64,000 nt of DNA, taken from contig OZ244982.1 in NCBI GenBank assembly GCA_965223115.1, positions 2,557,636 through 2,621,635 on the forward strand. Direction: 5' to 3'. Below are positions 10,301-20,600 of this stretch, piece by piece. The stretch comes from Gammaproteobacteria bacterium. Lineage in GTDB: Bacteria; Pseudomonadota; Gammaproteobacteria; UBA4575. Position numbers and translations under genes: made by a program. The first letter of the stretch is position 1. Every line of letters starts with the position of its first letter. The notes beneath the pieces are model-generated. The model ran no database searches. It saw nothing but the letters and a program-made list of their open reading frames with translations, and was not told where the DNA came from.

Positions 10301-11389
10301 ATGAAGGTATTATTCAGTACAAAAGTTTTGTCTTGGTTTGATCAATATGGGCGTAAAGATCTGCCATGGCAAAAAAACTGTGATCCATATTGTATTTGGA
10401 TTTCAGAAATTATGTTACAGCAAACCCGTGTTGAAACAGTGATTCCCTATTATGAAAAATTTATACATCGTTTCCCAAATGTAAAAAAACTAGCAGCAGC
10501 TTCTATTGATGAAGTGTTGCACTATTGGACAGGATTAGGTTATTACGCACGTGCAAGAAATTTACATAAAGCTGCACAATATATTTGTACAATACATGAT
10601 GGTGAATTTCCTAAGCATTTTGATGCGGTTCTAGTGTTACCCGGTGTGGGTCGGTCCACGGCAGCTGCAATTTTAGCGCTGAGCTTTAATAAGCCCCATG
10701 CCATCTTGGATGGAAACGTTAAACGTGTATTAGCGCGTTACTTTTGTGTTGAGGGATGGCCAGGGCAGCGTACGGTAGAAGACCAACTTTGGAGGCATGC
10801 AGAATCCTTGTTGCCAAATAAAAGAATTGCAGACTATACGCAAGCCATGATGGACTTAGGCGCAACACTTTGTACACGAACAAAACCCGATTGCGCACAT
10901 TGCCCTGTGCATCAATCCTGTACTGCAAATGTACAACAACGTCAACATGAACTTCCAACTCCTAAGCCAACTAAGAATTTGCCTAAAAAAGAAATTTTCA
11001 TTGCCATTGTGCAGGATAGAGATGGCGCAGTTTGGTTAGAAAAACGTCCAACGACAGGAATCTGGGGTGGTTTGTATAGTTTTCCAGAATTTTCTGCTAG
11101 TACTAAAATGGATAATTGGCTAGTAAAAACATGGAAAACATATAGTTTGAATAGCTTGGGGATGCCTGCTATTACACATACCTTTTCACATTTTCGCTTG
11201 ATAATGCACCCCACCGTCATACAGTTAGGTAATAAGCCCATTGGTGTGATGGAAGACGAACTCGGGGTTTGGTATAAAGCCTCTACACAGAAAATTGGTC
11301 TAGCTGCTCCAGTGCGAAAGACCTTGCAAAAAATATTACAACAAAAGGAAAACAACCATGCCCCACATGGTGCAATGTGTGAAGCTTAA
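10301..11389 (+). CDS. mutY: A/G-specific adenine DNA glycosylase
   Basis: 362 aa. HhH-GPD domain, 4Fe-4S cysteine cluster CxxxxxxCxxCxxxxxC, NUDIX-like C-terminal domain. Confidence 0.9.
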   Translation: MKVLFSTKVLSWFDQYGRKDLPWQKNCDPYCIWISEIMLQQTRVETVIPYYEKFIHRFPNVKKLAAASIDEVLHYWTGLGYYARARNLHKAAQYICTIHDGEFPKHFDAVLVLPGVGRSTAAAILALSFNKPHAILDGNVKRVLARYFCVEGWPGQRTVEDQLWRHAESLLPNKRIADYTQAMMDLGATLCTRTKPDCAHCPVHQSCTANVQQRQHELPTPKPTKNLPKKEIFIAIVQDRDGAVWLEKRPTTGIWGGLYSFPEFSASTKMDNWLVKTWKTYSLNSLGMPAITHTFSHFRLIMHPTVIQLGNKPIGVMEDELGVWYKASTQKIGLAAPVRKTLQKILQQKENNHAPHGAMCEA

Positions 11390-11627
11390 AAAAGAAGCTG
11401 AGGGACTTGAGTATCTGCCTTATCCTGGGGAATTAGGGCAGAAGATTTATGAAAATGTTTCCAAAGAAGGCTGGCAAATGTGGGTTGGGCATCAAACGAT
11501 GTTGATGAACGAATATCGGTTGACCCCGGTTGACCCGAAAGCTAGAAAATTTCTTGAAGAAGAGATGGAGAAGTTCTTTTTTGGTGAAGGTTCAGAAATT
11601 CCTAAAGAATTTGTTGAGCCAGGCTAA
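11358..11627 (+). CDS. yggX: Fe(II)-trafficking / oxidative-damage protection protein YggX
   Basis: 89 aa, collinear with E. coli YggX (…YPGELGQKIYENVSKEGWQMW…QTMLMNE…). Conserved mutY-yggX pair; the start may instead be the second Met. Confidence 0.85.
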   Translation: MPHMVQCVKLKKEAEGLEYLPYPGELGQKIYENVSKEGWQMWVGHQTMLMNEYRLTPVDPKARKFLEEEMEKFFFGEGSEIPKEFVEPG

Positions 11628-11807
11628 GTAATAAACAATTGATCAATTTAGTATTGACTCCTTATATATAGGTACGTTTAATAGCGCGCTTCACTTGAAT
11701 TCTTGAGATTAGCCTGCGTTGCAGGGATGCCTAACGGCAAGGTAGAAAAAGAGACTGAAAATCTAAATTTCAGTCTAATTTAAAAAAGATAACCGTTCTT
11801 CATATGT

Positions 11808-12009
11808 GGCCAGGATGGCGGGGTCGCGTAGCGGCAAGGTGGAGAGTGGCTGAAAATCCTATTTTCAGTCTTAACAGTAAACAAGGGAAATGTAGTTCTT
11901 AATAATTTGGCCAGGATGGCGGGGTCGCGTAGCGGCAAGGTGGAGAGTGGCTGAAAATCCTATTTTCAGTCTTAACAGTAAACAAGGGAAATGTAGTTCT
12001 TAATAATTT
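11808..12009 (+). repeat. Two perfect tandem 101-bp repeats abutting tRNA-Phe, each starting with the tRNA 5' acceptor sequence GGCCAGG and carrying a CTGAAAATCC...ATTTTCAG hairpin
   Basis: 11808-11908 and 11909-12009 are identical by eye. A diverged third copy at ~11700-11800 has the same GACTGAAAAT..ATTTTCAGTC hairpin. Confidence 0.8.
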
Positions 12010-12085
12010 GGCCAGGTAGCTCAGTTGGTAGAGCAGTGGACTGAAAATCCTCGTGTCGGTGGTTCGATTCCGCCCCTGGCCACCA
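12010..12085 (+). tRNA. tRNA-Phe (anticodon GAA)
   Basis: 76 nt: GGCCAGG acceptor stem, anticodon loop CTGAAAA, T-arm GGTTCGATTCC, 3' CCTGGCC-A-CCA. Close to E. coli tRNA-Phe. Confidence 0.95.
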
Positions 12086-12091
12086 GTTAAA

Positions 12092-13126
12092 TCAATTATT
12101 TACTACTAAACGTAGAGTTTGATTTTTAGGCGACTGTGACGAAATTGTGCCATCGATGTTTTGTGCCGCACGTTGCAAATGTTCACCTGCAAAATGTGCA
12201 TAGCGCAATACCATCTCCATACAACTCCATCCACCGAGTTCCATTAGTTCTTGTAAACTGGTTCCATTTTGTACGTGCCATGAAGCCCAAGTATGACGTA
12301 AGTCATGCCAATGAAAATTTTCAATGCCGGCACGCTTACATGCTTTTTTAAATGCTGCGGTGGTGGTGCGTTGAACGGGTTTACCTTTATAGGTAAACAC
12401 ATATTTTTCATGCACCCCTTTGCATTCATGTAATACTTGCAAAGCATCTTGATTCAGTGGCACCGTAATCGCTTTTCTTGATTTGGATTGATCGGGATGG
12501 ATCCACGCAACATTGCGTTTAACATCTACCTGATCCCATTCCAAATAACTTACATTACGTTGACGCAATCCCGTTGCTAATGTGAATCGTGCCATGAACG
12601 CTAAATGCGTCGGTAACTCTCGTATCAATTTTCTTGCTTCCTGTTGCGTAATAAAACGCACACGTTTTTTAGGTTAACGAAAAAGTCTAATACGTGGAAT
12701 GTGATCAATCCACTCCCAATCATCTCTTGCGGTTCGTAGAATGCTACGAATGAGAGCAAGATAACGGTTTGCAGTAGAAGGACTGGCTTCGTGCTTTTTT
12801 ATTTCAGCAATCGTATCAATCAAATCACGATTAATTTCATCGAGATAATATTGACCTAAATATGGATCGAGCCATCGTAGCTTGCCTTTATCTTTTTCAA
12901 GATCTGCTTTGTATTCTTTTTCTCGCAACCAACGAACGATGGCTTCCTGCCAAGTCCGTCTAGGTTTTTCGCCGAGATTGTGGGTTCGCCACAACTCAGC
13001 TTTTAATGTGTCATGGTATTCTTGGGCTTGTTTTTTGTCTTGAGTCCGAGCAGATTGACGTATTCGTTTTCCACTCGGTGACGTGAAACACACCCACCAG
13101 ACTTCGCCGCGTTGATAGAGTGACAT
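12092..13126 (-). pseudogene. int: P4-type tyrosine integrase interrupted by a single in-frame TAA
   Basis: Two ORFs (12674-13126 and 12092-12661) are in the same frame, separated only by TAA at 12674-12676 (…PRIRLFR*PKKRVRFITQQ…). The C-terminal part carries the tyrosine-recombinase catalytic region (HDLRHTWASW…LGGW…Y). It lies immediately 3' of the tRNA. Confidence 0.8.
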
Positions 13127-13347
13127 AGTACAGTCTCCATTGTTGAGTCACTTAGCGACGCTTTCCCAACACCAGAATAATCTTGTTTAAGGTAAGCGAC
13201 AAGTTCGGTTATTAAAAACACCCAACGTCTACCAGGTTTTGTAGCGTTAATTTCCTTATTTTTGGCTTTACGACGCAAGGTGGCCGTAGACATATGTAGA
13301 AACTGAGCGGCTTGCTCTAAATTTAATGTCTGCTCTGTAGGCTTCAT
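13003..13347 (-). CDS. AlpA/Xis-like HTH DNA-binding protein (excisionase/regulator)
   Basis: MKPTEQTLNLEQAAQFLHMSTATLRRKAKNKEINATKPGRRWVF matches the AlpA/MerR-like excisionase HTH. The 3' end overlaps the integrase start in another frame, so the true stop is uncertain. Confidence 0.55.
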   Translation of the reverse strand: MKPTEQTLNLEQAAQFLHMSTATLRRKAKNKEINATKPGRRWVFLITELVAYLKQDYSGVGKASLSDSTMETVLCHSINAAKSGGCVSRHRVENEYVNLLGLKTKNKPKNTMTH

Positions 13348-13442
13348 ATTTACGAATAGTAGGTAATAAACACCCCCTACTATACTCAAAATAAAGGGGT
13401 ATTAAATACCACCCTATTGTTTTAATTAACTCACTGAATACT

Positions 13443-13760
13443 TTACTTCAACTCAGGTGATCTTTTTCCTGGTATTTCTCCTTTTACCGCTTTCCAATAA
13501 TTAGAAACTTTCTTTACTAAATCCCATGCTACTGATTTATCCGCTAATTCACCTTTATCTGGCATATCTTTACGAATATCAATTCCTAGAATTTTTTCGT
13601 ACTCTCGAATGCTTTTTTTATCGTGAATAAGCAATAGTACTTTCCAGCCAACATGTTGCCCTAGGTGCAACATTCCTATGGCGGTTTCTAGTTTTTTAGC
13701 ATTACCTTTATAACGCTTAATTGCTTTGTTAACAGTAGAATGAATTTCTCTCTGATTCAT
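13443..13760 (-). CDS. Hypothetical island protein (105 aa, basic)
   Basis: ORF only; no recognisable motif. Confidence 0.35.
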   Translation of the reverse strand: MNQREIHSTVNKAIKRYKGNAKKLETAIGMLHLGQHVGWKVLLLIHDKKSIREYEKILGIDIRKDMPDKGELADKSVAWDLVKKVSNYWKAVKGEIPGKRSPELK

Positions 13761-14096
13761 AAATTTTTATGTAGGAATGATTAATTAATATAAAAATATT
13801 TTGTAATGTATCCAATCACTTACGATTGTCTCGTCGAGATGTGTCCTTAAGTCAAGTCTAGGTAAAAAAGGCTGGCTTCTCACTTTTCTCAAGACATAGC
13901 TATACCATTAAACAAAAGAAAATCACCGGGCCTGCGATTCAAACTTCTCTTTTGTCAGTAGGGTTATCTACTCCATTCTGTGCTCATGCGTTGCAATTCC
14001 ACCAAGCTATCTTGGCTTATCCACATTTGGTCTTTAAACCGAATAGGCGTGGCTATAGTAGTTCTTTTCAGTAGGGGAGGTCAAATACCTGCCTCA

Positions 14097-14208
14097 CTTG
14101 CCATGGGGGTCCACCACTGTGCTGATAGCGGCACGACCCTAGGCTATAAAAATATTTAAGCTCGGGCCGCTAGCTATCACTAGCACAGCGGCCCGCCCCA
14201 TGAGCAAG
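14097..14208. promoter_or_regulatory. ~112-nt GC-rich nested imperfect palindrome, directly upstream of a consensus TATAAT (14220-14225) and the 14265 gene
   Basis: Outer arms CTTGCCATGGGG (14097-14108) / CCCCATGAGCAAG (14196-14208). Inner arms CTGTGCT..TAGCGGC (14117-14132) / GCCGCTA..AGCACAG (14166-14188). ~32-nt AT-rich loop. Confidence 0.4.
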
Positions 14209-14264
14209 CTTGAGTTTAGTATAATGCTCCCAAATAATTTGTAGAGGCATAGAATTTTAGGGGA

Positions 14265-15050
14265 ATGGAACATATGGAGGGATTATTAGAATTATTTAAA
14301 AATGAGTATCTATCTATCTTATTCGGTGGTCTTGCAGGCGTTATTACAGCATGGATTACACAGCGTGTACTAAATAAACGTGGGTTATTTAGCTATTTTG
14401 TTACTCACAATAGAGTTGGTATAACAACAGAAGATACAACATTTGGAAATGTTTCTGTTACATGGAATGGCAGTTCAATAAGGCATCTATTTTTTTCTAT
14501 AATAGAGCTAACTAATAATAGTTTAAATGATTACGAGAATGTAATTATAAGAACGTATACTGATAATACAACTCTGCTTTCAGAATCAACACAGATTATT
14601 GACACACCCAATATTCTAGAGTGGTCAGAAAAATTTAAAAAGCAATTACACGTAGAAGAAGGGGCAACAGCAACACCTGCACAAAACGAAATTTATAATA
14701 GCCAGCGTGAATATCTAATTCCTGTATTTAATCGAAGTCAAAAAATTAATATTAGCTATTTGAATTCTGCCAACTCTGAAGAAACTCCTAGTATATGGTT
14801 ATCCGCTACAGTTAAGGGAGTAAAAGTAAAGTTTCGTCAGCCAGTCCCCCTAATTTTAGGTGAATCTCAACCTTTAGCCGCATTAGTAGGTGTAGTAATT
14901 GGGTTGCTTTCTCTTATCCCGCTTGTATTATTAGTTTCAAATCCATGGGTTATAGCTCTTCTAGCTATCGTTTATGGTTTTATAGCCCAGCTACCAGGCG
15001 CACTATTTATTAAAACGGTACGAAAAATTAAGGACGTTATTGGTGGATAA
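14265..15050 (+). CDS. Membrane protein: N-terminal TM, central soluble domain, C-terminal 2-TM hairpin (SLATT-like architecture)
   Basis: 261 aa. Hydrophobic N-terminus (LSILFGGLAGVITAWI) and C-terminus (LAALVGVVIGLLSLIPLVLLV / VIALLAIVYGFIAQL). No recognisable enzymatic motif. Confidence 0.45.
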   Translation: MEHMEGLLELFKNEYLSILFGGLAGVITAWITQRVLNKRGLFSYFVTHNRVGITTEDTTFGNVSVTWNGSSIRHLFFSIIELTNNSLNDYENVIIRTYTDNTTLLSESTQIIDTPNILEWSEKFKKQLHVEEGATATPAQNEIYNSQREYLIPVFNRSQKINISYLNSANSEETPSIWLSATVKGVKVKFRQPVPLILGESQPLAALVGVVIGLLSLIPLVLLVSNPWVIALLAIVYGFIAQLPGALFIKTVRKIKDVIGG

Positions 15051-15335
15051 TTTACATGGATAGAGAAAATATTGTGTATGCAAATTCTTCCTAAGCGGAA
15101 ATTCTATTTTTTTGAGCCTGGTGAAGTAGAATGATTTTACGAAGAAGTGGCTCTAGACCCTTGCATAATAAGGCCTTGAAAGAAAAAATGAATAATTTCA
15201 ATTATATTTAGACTGCAAATCAATTACCACAATACTTGAAATACAGTGACTTAATACCCATATTCAATAAAATGCATCTTATAGTTGATAATTGGATATT
15301 GAACACTTTCAAAATGATAGTAAACTAATAGTTAA

Positions 15336-15398
15336 TCCCCCTTGTCACTTCTGGTGACAAGGCGCAAGGCTCCTTCGGGGGCCTTTGCTATTTTTGGG
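15336..15398 (+). promoter_or_regulatory. Two tandem GC hairpins plus T-run immediately 5' of the NYN gene RBS (terminator/attenuator-like)
   Basis: CCCCCTTGTCAC-TTCTG-GTGACAAGG (15336-15361) and CGCAAGGCTCC-TTCG-GGGGCCTTTGC (15363-15388), then TATTTTTGGG. The RBS GGGAG follows at ~15396. Confidence 0.35.
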
Positions 15399-15416
15399 AG
15401 TGGGGAATTAATAGTA

Positions 15417-16130
15417 ATGAGAACGAATATCTATGTAGATGGTTTCAACCTCTACTACCAGGCACTAAAAAATTCAAAGTATAAATGGCTTAATGTAAGG
15501 AAACTGTGTGAAGTTGCGTTACATGAAGAATTTCCTGATCTTAATTACGGATACACTTGTTATTTTACTGCACGCGTAAAACCAACGGTTCAAGACCCAA
15601 ATAAACACGTTCGACAAGACGTATTTTTTCAGGCACTTAAAAACCAAATTCCTAATTTTTACAAAAAAGAAGGGCATTTTTTAGAAAAGCCTAAAAAAGC
15701 ATCGACGGCTACATTAAGAGAACTATCAAGACTTAATCCTCCGAAAAAACAATCACCAATTCGTGTTGCACCTAAAAAAGGAAGTCCTTATTTTGCGACA
15801 TTAGCGGACGAATATCAGACTTTGTATGTACGATCACGAGAAGAAAAAGGTTCAGATGTTAATCTCGCAGTGTCAATGTTACAGCATGCATGGCTCGATT
15901 ATTTTGAGTGTGCAGTTCTAATCTCTAATGATAGTGATTTGGTAGAGGCAGTTCGATTGACTAAAAAACAAAAGAAAAAAGTTATTTTACTTACTCATGA
16001 AAATACAGCTGCAAAACAATTACGCAAATATGTAAGTAATGTTGTTACTTTCAATGCAACTGAGTTAGCCAATTCTCAAATGCCAGATCAGATTCCTGGC
16101 ACAAAACTGCATAAACCCAATGAATGGTAA
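15417..16130 (+). CDS. NYN-domain (LabA/PIN-like) predicted ribonuclease
   Basis: Start at MRTNIYVDGFNLYY (GGGAG RBS upstream); the ORF track begins at 15342. Motifs YVDGFNLYY…EKGSDVNLAVSML…LISNDSDL are characteristic of NYN/LabA nucleases. Confidence 0.7.
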   Translation: MRTNIYVDGFNLYYQALKNSKYKWLNVRKLCEVALHEEFPDLNYGYTCYFTARVKPTVQDPNKHVRQDVFFQALKNQIPNFYKKEGHFLEKPKKASTATLRELSRLNPPKKQSPIRVAPKKGSPYFATLADEYQTLYVRSREEKGSDVNLAVSMLQHAWLDYFECAVLISNDSDLVEAVRLTKKQKKKVILLTHENTAAKQLRKYVSNVVTFNATELANSQMPDQIPGTKLHKPNEW

Positions 16131-16680
16131 TGATTATCAACGGCTCGCAAATGCCTTACAACAAATAGAAGAAGCTAGAGTGAGAGATACTAATCAAATT
16201 GCATCTGAAGTAAATCGCCTATCACAATTACATGCAACTTCGGTTTCTCGTCAACAACTTGATGCAATTAAAGAAATAATTTCTCACACTTATGGAAAAT
16301 CGCAAACATATGCAAATTTCATAATGGTTGGTGGATATGCAGCATTCTTTACAATGTGGGTTACCGTAAAACCGGATCTACCTAAATTAGTAATGCTTAT
16401 TGCTGGCTTGCTAATGACAGTATCTGCAGTACTTTTTGTAGTAGCAGAGGTGCAGAAAATGATAAATACAGGGCTTCATTTTCGAAAAATTCAGGAAAAG
16501 TTGAATGTTGATCCATCTGCAAATTTTATCGAAGAAATACAGTCTATCGAAAAACAATTTTCTGAGCAACAGTATAAATTTTGGCTCATTCTTTTTTATC
16601 CGAGTTTAATTTGTGGTGTTCTAGCTGGTTCATTGCTTGCGGGGTGTTTTATGTATGAACTTATTATGGAACTAATTTAA
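16120..16680 (+). CDS. Small membrane protein (2-3 TM), translationally coupled to the NYN gene
   Basis: 186 aa. Its ATG overlaps the NYN stop in ATGAATGGTAA. Hydrophobic helices FIMVGGYAAFFTMWVTV / LVMLIAGLLMTVSAVLFVV / LICGVLAGSLLAGCF. Confidence 0.5.
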   Translation: MNGNDYQRLANALQQIEEARVRDTNQIASEVNRLSQLHATSVSRQQLDAIKEIISHTYGKSQTYANFIMVGGYAAFFTMWVTVKPDLPKLVMLIAGLLMTVSAVLFVVAEVQKMINTGLHFRKIQEKLNVDPSANFIEEIQSIEKQFSEQQYKFWLILFYPSLICGVLAGSLLAGCFMYELIMELI

Positions 16681-16745
16681 TTAAACATATACAAGCACTA
16701 CTGCCAAATTTTTAAACAATAAAAATACGAAAATTAAATACTCAT

Positions 16746-17174
16746 ATGAACATACCAAGTTTGCCAACAGATAATCTTTATAAATTTATGGCATTGAGTG
16801 GCATATTCATTGCGGTTTTTGGTTATTCAGTATATTGGATTCAAGGAGGCAGAACTCAGGAAATAGTTGAAGAGCTCTCAGGGCTAGAAACGCGTTTGGA
16901 AGTGATTATTAAAAGCCCTATAGTCACTGGAGATTCAAGTATAGATACTGAGAAAGACTTAGAAGCTATTGCAAAAGTAATGCAATTAACAAAAGAATTC
17001 GATAATCTTCAAAAGGAAAGAGTTGTTTATCGAAATTTTTCAATCTTTTGTTTGGTAGTTGGGAGTATATTAAGCATATCAGGGTTTAGTTTATGGTATT
17101 TCCGAGTACAAAAATTTCAAGATATGTTATTAAGAAAAGAAGCGTTGTCAGTGATTAATGAGCAAGAAGAATGA
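16746..17174 (+). CDS. Small 2-TM membrane protein
   Basis: 142 aa. TM1 ALSGIFIAVFGYSVYWI, TM2 FSIFCLVVGSILSISGFSLWYF, with a charged linker between. Confidence 0.5.
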   Translation: MNIPSLPTDNLYKFMALSGIFIAVFGYSVYWIQGGRTQEIVEELSGLETRLEVIIKSPIVTGDSSIDTEKDLEAIAKVMQLTKEFDNLQKERVVYRNFSIFCLVVGSILSISGFSLWYFRVQKFQDMLLRKEALSVINEQEE

Positions 17175-17278
17175 TTTCAAATAAGTAGATATAAACTGCC
17201 ATAAGCTCTTAATACTTGGTAAATGACCGCAGCTGGACTATTGGTTGAAAGCAGTTATTGTTGAACTGTGCCAATATT

Positions 17279-17413
17279 GTGTCACACTGAAGTACATCAC
17301 AATGTCCAGTGTTGTATGTTTCTGACACAATAAAGAGTGAGAAAGCATCGCAAGTAACGGATTTTATTTAATAGAGGATATATACAGATAAACTGAAAAT
17401 CCTCACTACGATA
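17279..17413 (+). repeat. Island-internal junction repeat (copy 1); its end mimics the tRNA-Phe anticodon-arm segment CTGAAAATCCTC
   Basis: GTGTCACAC…TGTATGTTTCTGACACA…AAGTAACGGATTTTATT…CTGAAAATCCTC. ~80% identical by eye to 23428-23556. Confidence 0.7.
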
Positions 17414-17670
17414 GTTCATTTTCTATTCAGTGAATTAACATTCAACTTTATTTCAAGATAAAATAATTATTATTTTTGTGAATTATTTTTCAGTAGCTGA
17501 ATAACAAAACTCACCTCTAATCAAAAACTAACTTCACTTTCATAATTATTGAATCAATGTTTCGTCAAAACATTGACATTGAAAATGTTTTTCACTTTCG
17601 TTTAAGTTAATAAATACGACATATTGATTCATTATATTGTAACAATAAAATTTCTTTTGGGGGATATTCC

Positions 17671-20600
17671 ATGTTATTTCGTGCATTTGCCGCGTTGCTT
17701 ATTTGTGCGCTTCATTTAAAAAAACCTTCCGCTGTATTTGCTACTTTATTTGCTTTATTTGTAGTGATGAATATTCATCACAGTGCATACGCAAACTCAT
17801 GGGTATGCGAAAAAGTTTTTGTTGGACCCTCAGGACAAAGCTATAGCGCATGTAATCATGCCGCAGATGCATGTATGTCAGAAGGGGGTATTACTTCACC
17901 TGGATTTTGTTACACAGTACTCTCGAATGGTTATTCAGCATGTCCCCGACCTGCTGATGGTATTTATCAATGGGTCACACCTGATGATACTTCCGGTACT
18001 GCAGTACGCCACCACTATGCGTGTTATTTAGATGCAAGCTGTCCTGCTCCTTTCATCGATTTTGGTAGTGGCGCGTGTTCTCCTGAGTATGATCCAAGTA
18101 AAAACTTAGGCCCATCAAGAGATGTTTGCTTACTAGAAAACCCCATCCATCCTGCCACTGGGAATAAATATCAAACCGAAACTGATTATGTGGCCGCTAC
18201 GGGAGGACTACGTTTTACTCGTTATTACAACAGTCAATCAACCAAACACTTTAATGAATCCTTTGGGGATAAATGGAGTGCAGAATATTTTCAACATTTA
18301 AAAATTGTTGCAGGGGATTTTATCAATGTGTATCACGCTACTGGACGTAAAGATATGGTGCAATGTCCCACCGTGGGAAGTGACTGTCTCACCGATAACG
18401 ATGTTACATTTGCAATAAAGAAAACCTCATCTGGATATACTCTTACACGTGAAGATAATGTTGTTGAAGACTATGATTCTAATGGTACGTTGTTATCCAT
18501 TACTAATACTCACGGACAAACGCAGACTTTAACGTATAACGGTACCACAGGATTATTGGAAACTGTCACAGGACCTTTTAATCGCACGCTGAGTTTTACT
18601 TACGATGTAAACAATCGTGTGATTACGATGATAGATCCAGATAATGACATCTACACCTATGCCTATACTAATGATGTTCTTACTTCTGTTACTTATCCAG
18701 ATAACAACAGTAGAACCTATCATTATGAAGATACCAAATGGGTGCATCATTTAACCGGAATTACAGACGAGAATAACAATCGCTTTTCTACCTATGCATA
18801 CAATACAGATGGTTTAGCCACATCCAGTGAACATGCAGGAGGTGCCAATCGAGTCGATGTTGTCTACAACACCAATGGCACCACGACAGCAACGGATGCT
18901 TTAGGTGCCAGTAATACTTATACGTTTGAATACAAACTTGGTGTTTCCAAAACAACTGATATATCAGGCGCACAATGTGGCAGTTGTGGTTCACAAGCCC
19001 AAGCGGCCACCTATGATACCAATGGTTTTGTCGCCTCACGTACCGATTTCAATAGTAATGTCACCACTTATGTCCATAATAGTCGGGGTCTGCAAACTTC
19101 ACGCACTGAAGCTTCGGGTAGCAGTAAAGCCAGAACTATCACCACTGAATGGCATTCCACATTACGTTTGCCTACTAAAATAACTGATCATGGGAAAGAG
19201 ACCACTTTCACATACAACAGTACAGGTGCATTACTCACTCGCACTGAAAAAGATTTAGCGAATAACAATACGCGCACCACCACGTATACCTATGATAGCA
19301 ATGGCAATGTACTGACCATCAATGGGCCGCGTACGGATGTCACGGATACCACTACGTTCACCTACAACAGTAGCGGTAATCGTACCTCCATGAAAAATGC
19401 TCTCAATCAAACCACGAACTATACTTCCTATGATGTGCATGGTCGGCTACTTTCCATGACCGATCCCAATGGCGTGGTTACGAGCATGACTTATGATGCG
19501 CGTGGCAGAATTAAAACAAATACTGTTGCAGGAGATACATCTTCATTTGACTATGATGCAGCAGGGAATCTCACCAAGATTACATTACCCAATGCAAGCT
19601 ATCTTTCTTATACCTACGACAATGCTCATCGTTTAACGCAAATCAAAGACAATCAAAATAATAAAATTATTTACACATTGGATAATGATGGCAATCGCAC
19701 CCAAGAAGATGTGAAGGATGCAAGTGGTACGTTGCGTCGTACCCAAAGTAGAGTATTTGATCAACTCAGCCGCATGACGCAAAGCATTGGAGGCGTGAAT
19801 CAAACCACCGTGTTTGGGTATGATGCGAACGGCAATCAAATCTCTGTACTCGACCCACTGAATCGAAATTCCACCTCAAGCTATGATGCACTGGATCGAC
19901 TCATTACCTCAACCGATCCAAATAGCAATAACACATCCTATGCCTATGATGCTCGTGACAACCTCACCAGTGTTACCGATGCCAGAAACTTAGTGACGAC
20001 CTATTCCTATGATGGGCTCGATAACCTCACACAACTCGTCAGCCCGGATACTGGAACCACTACTTACACCTATGATGATGCCGGCAACCGACTTACCCAA
20101 ACGGATGCAAGAAATAAAACAACGACCTATACGTACGATGCACTAAATCGACTTACGAGTATTACGTATTCGGACACCACATTAAATGTGGCCTATACCT
20201 ATGATGCAGGTACGAATGGTAAAGGCCGACTTACTAGTATGACTGATGCCAGTGGCACGACCACATATGCCTATGATGCAAAAGGGAATGTAGTTACCGA
20301 GACGAAAACCATTAGTAGTCAAAATTATGTAACGAGTTATCAATACGATGACGCGGATAATCTCACACAGATCACTTATCCAAGTGGACGTACTGTTGAT
20401 TATTCGCGTAATAATATTGGGCAAGTAACACAAGTCAATACAACCTTTAACGGCAACACCAGTGTCATTGCCAACTTAATAAGTTACCTTCCATTCGGGC
20501 CGGTCAAAAGCCTAACGTTAGGAAGTGGATTAGTGACAACACTTACCTACGATCAAGACTATCGGCTCACTGATACCGTAACGGGTAATAGTATTCAGTC

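Noticed and set aside
11640-12010. CRISPR array possibility for the tandem repeats before tRNA-Phe
   Set aside because: The units are 101 bp with no unique spacers between them and no cas genes. They are contiguous direct repeats derived from tRNA-like sequence.
13860-14090. Possible retron msr/msd or group II intron fragment upstream of the palindrome
   Set aside because: No reverse transcriptase or intron domain V/VI consensus visible nearby. Kept only as a structured element of unknown function.
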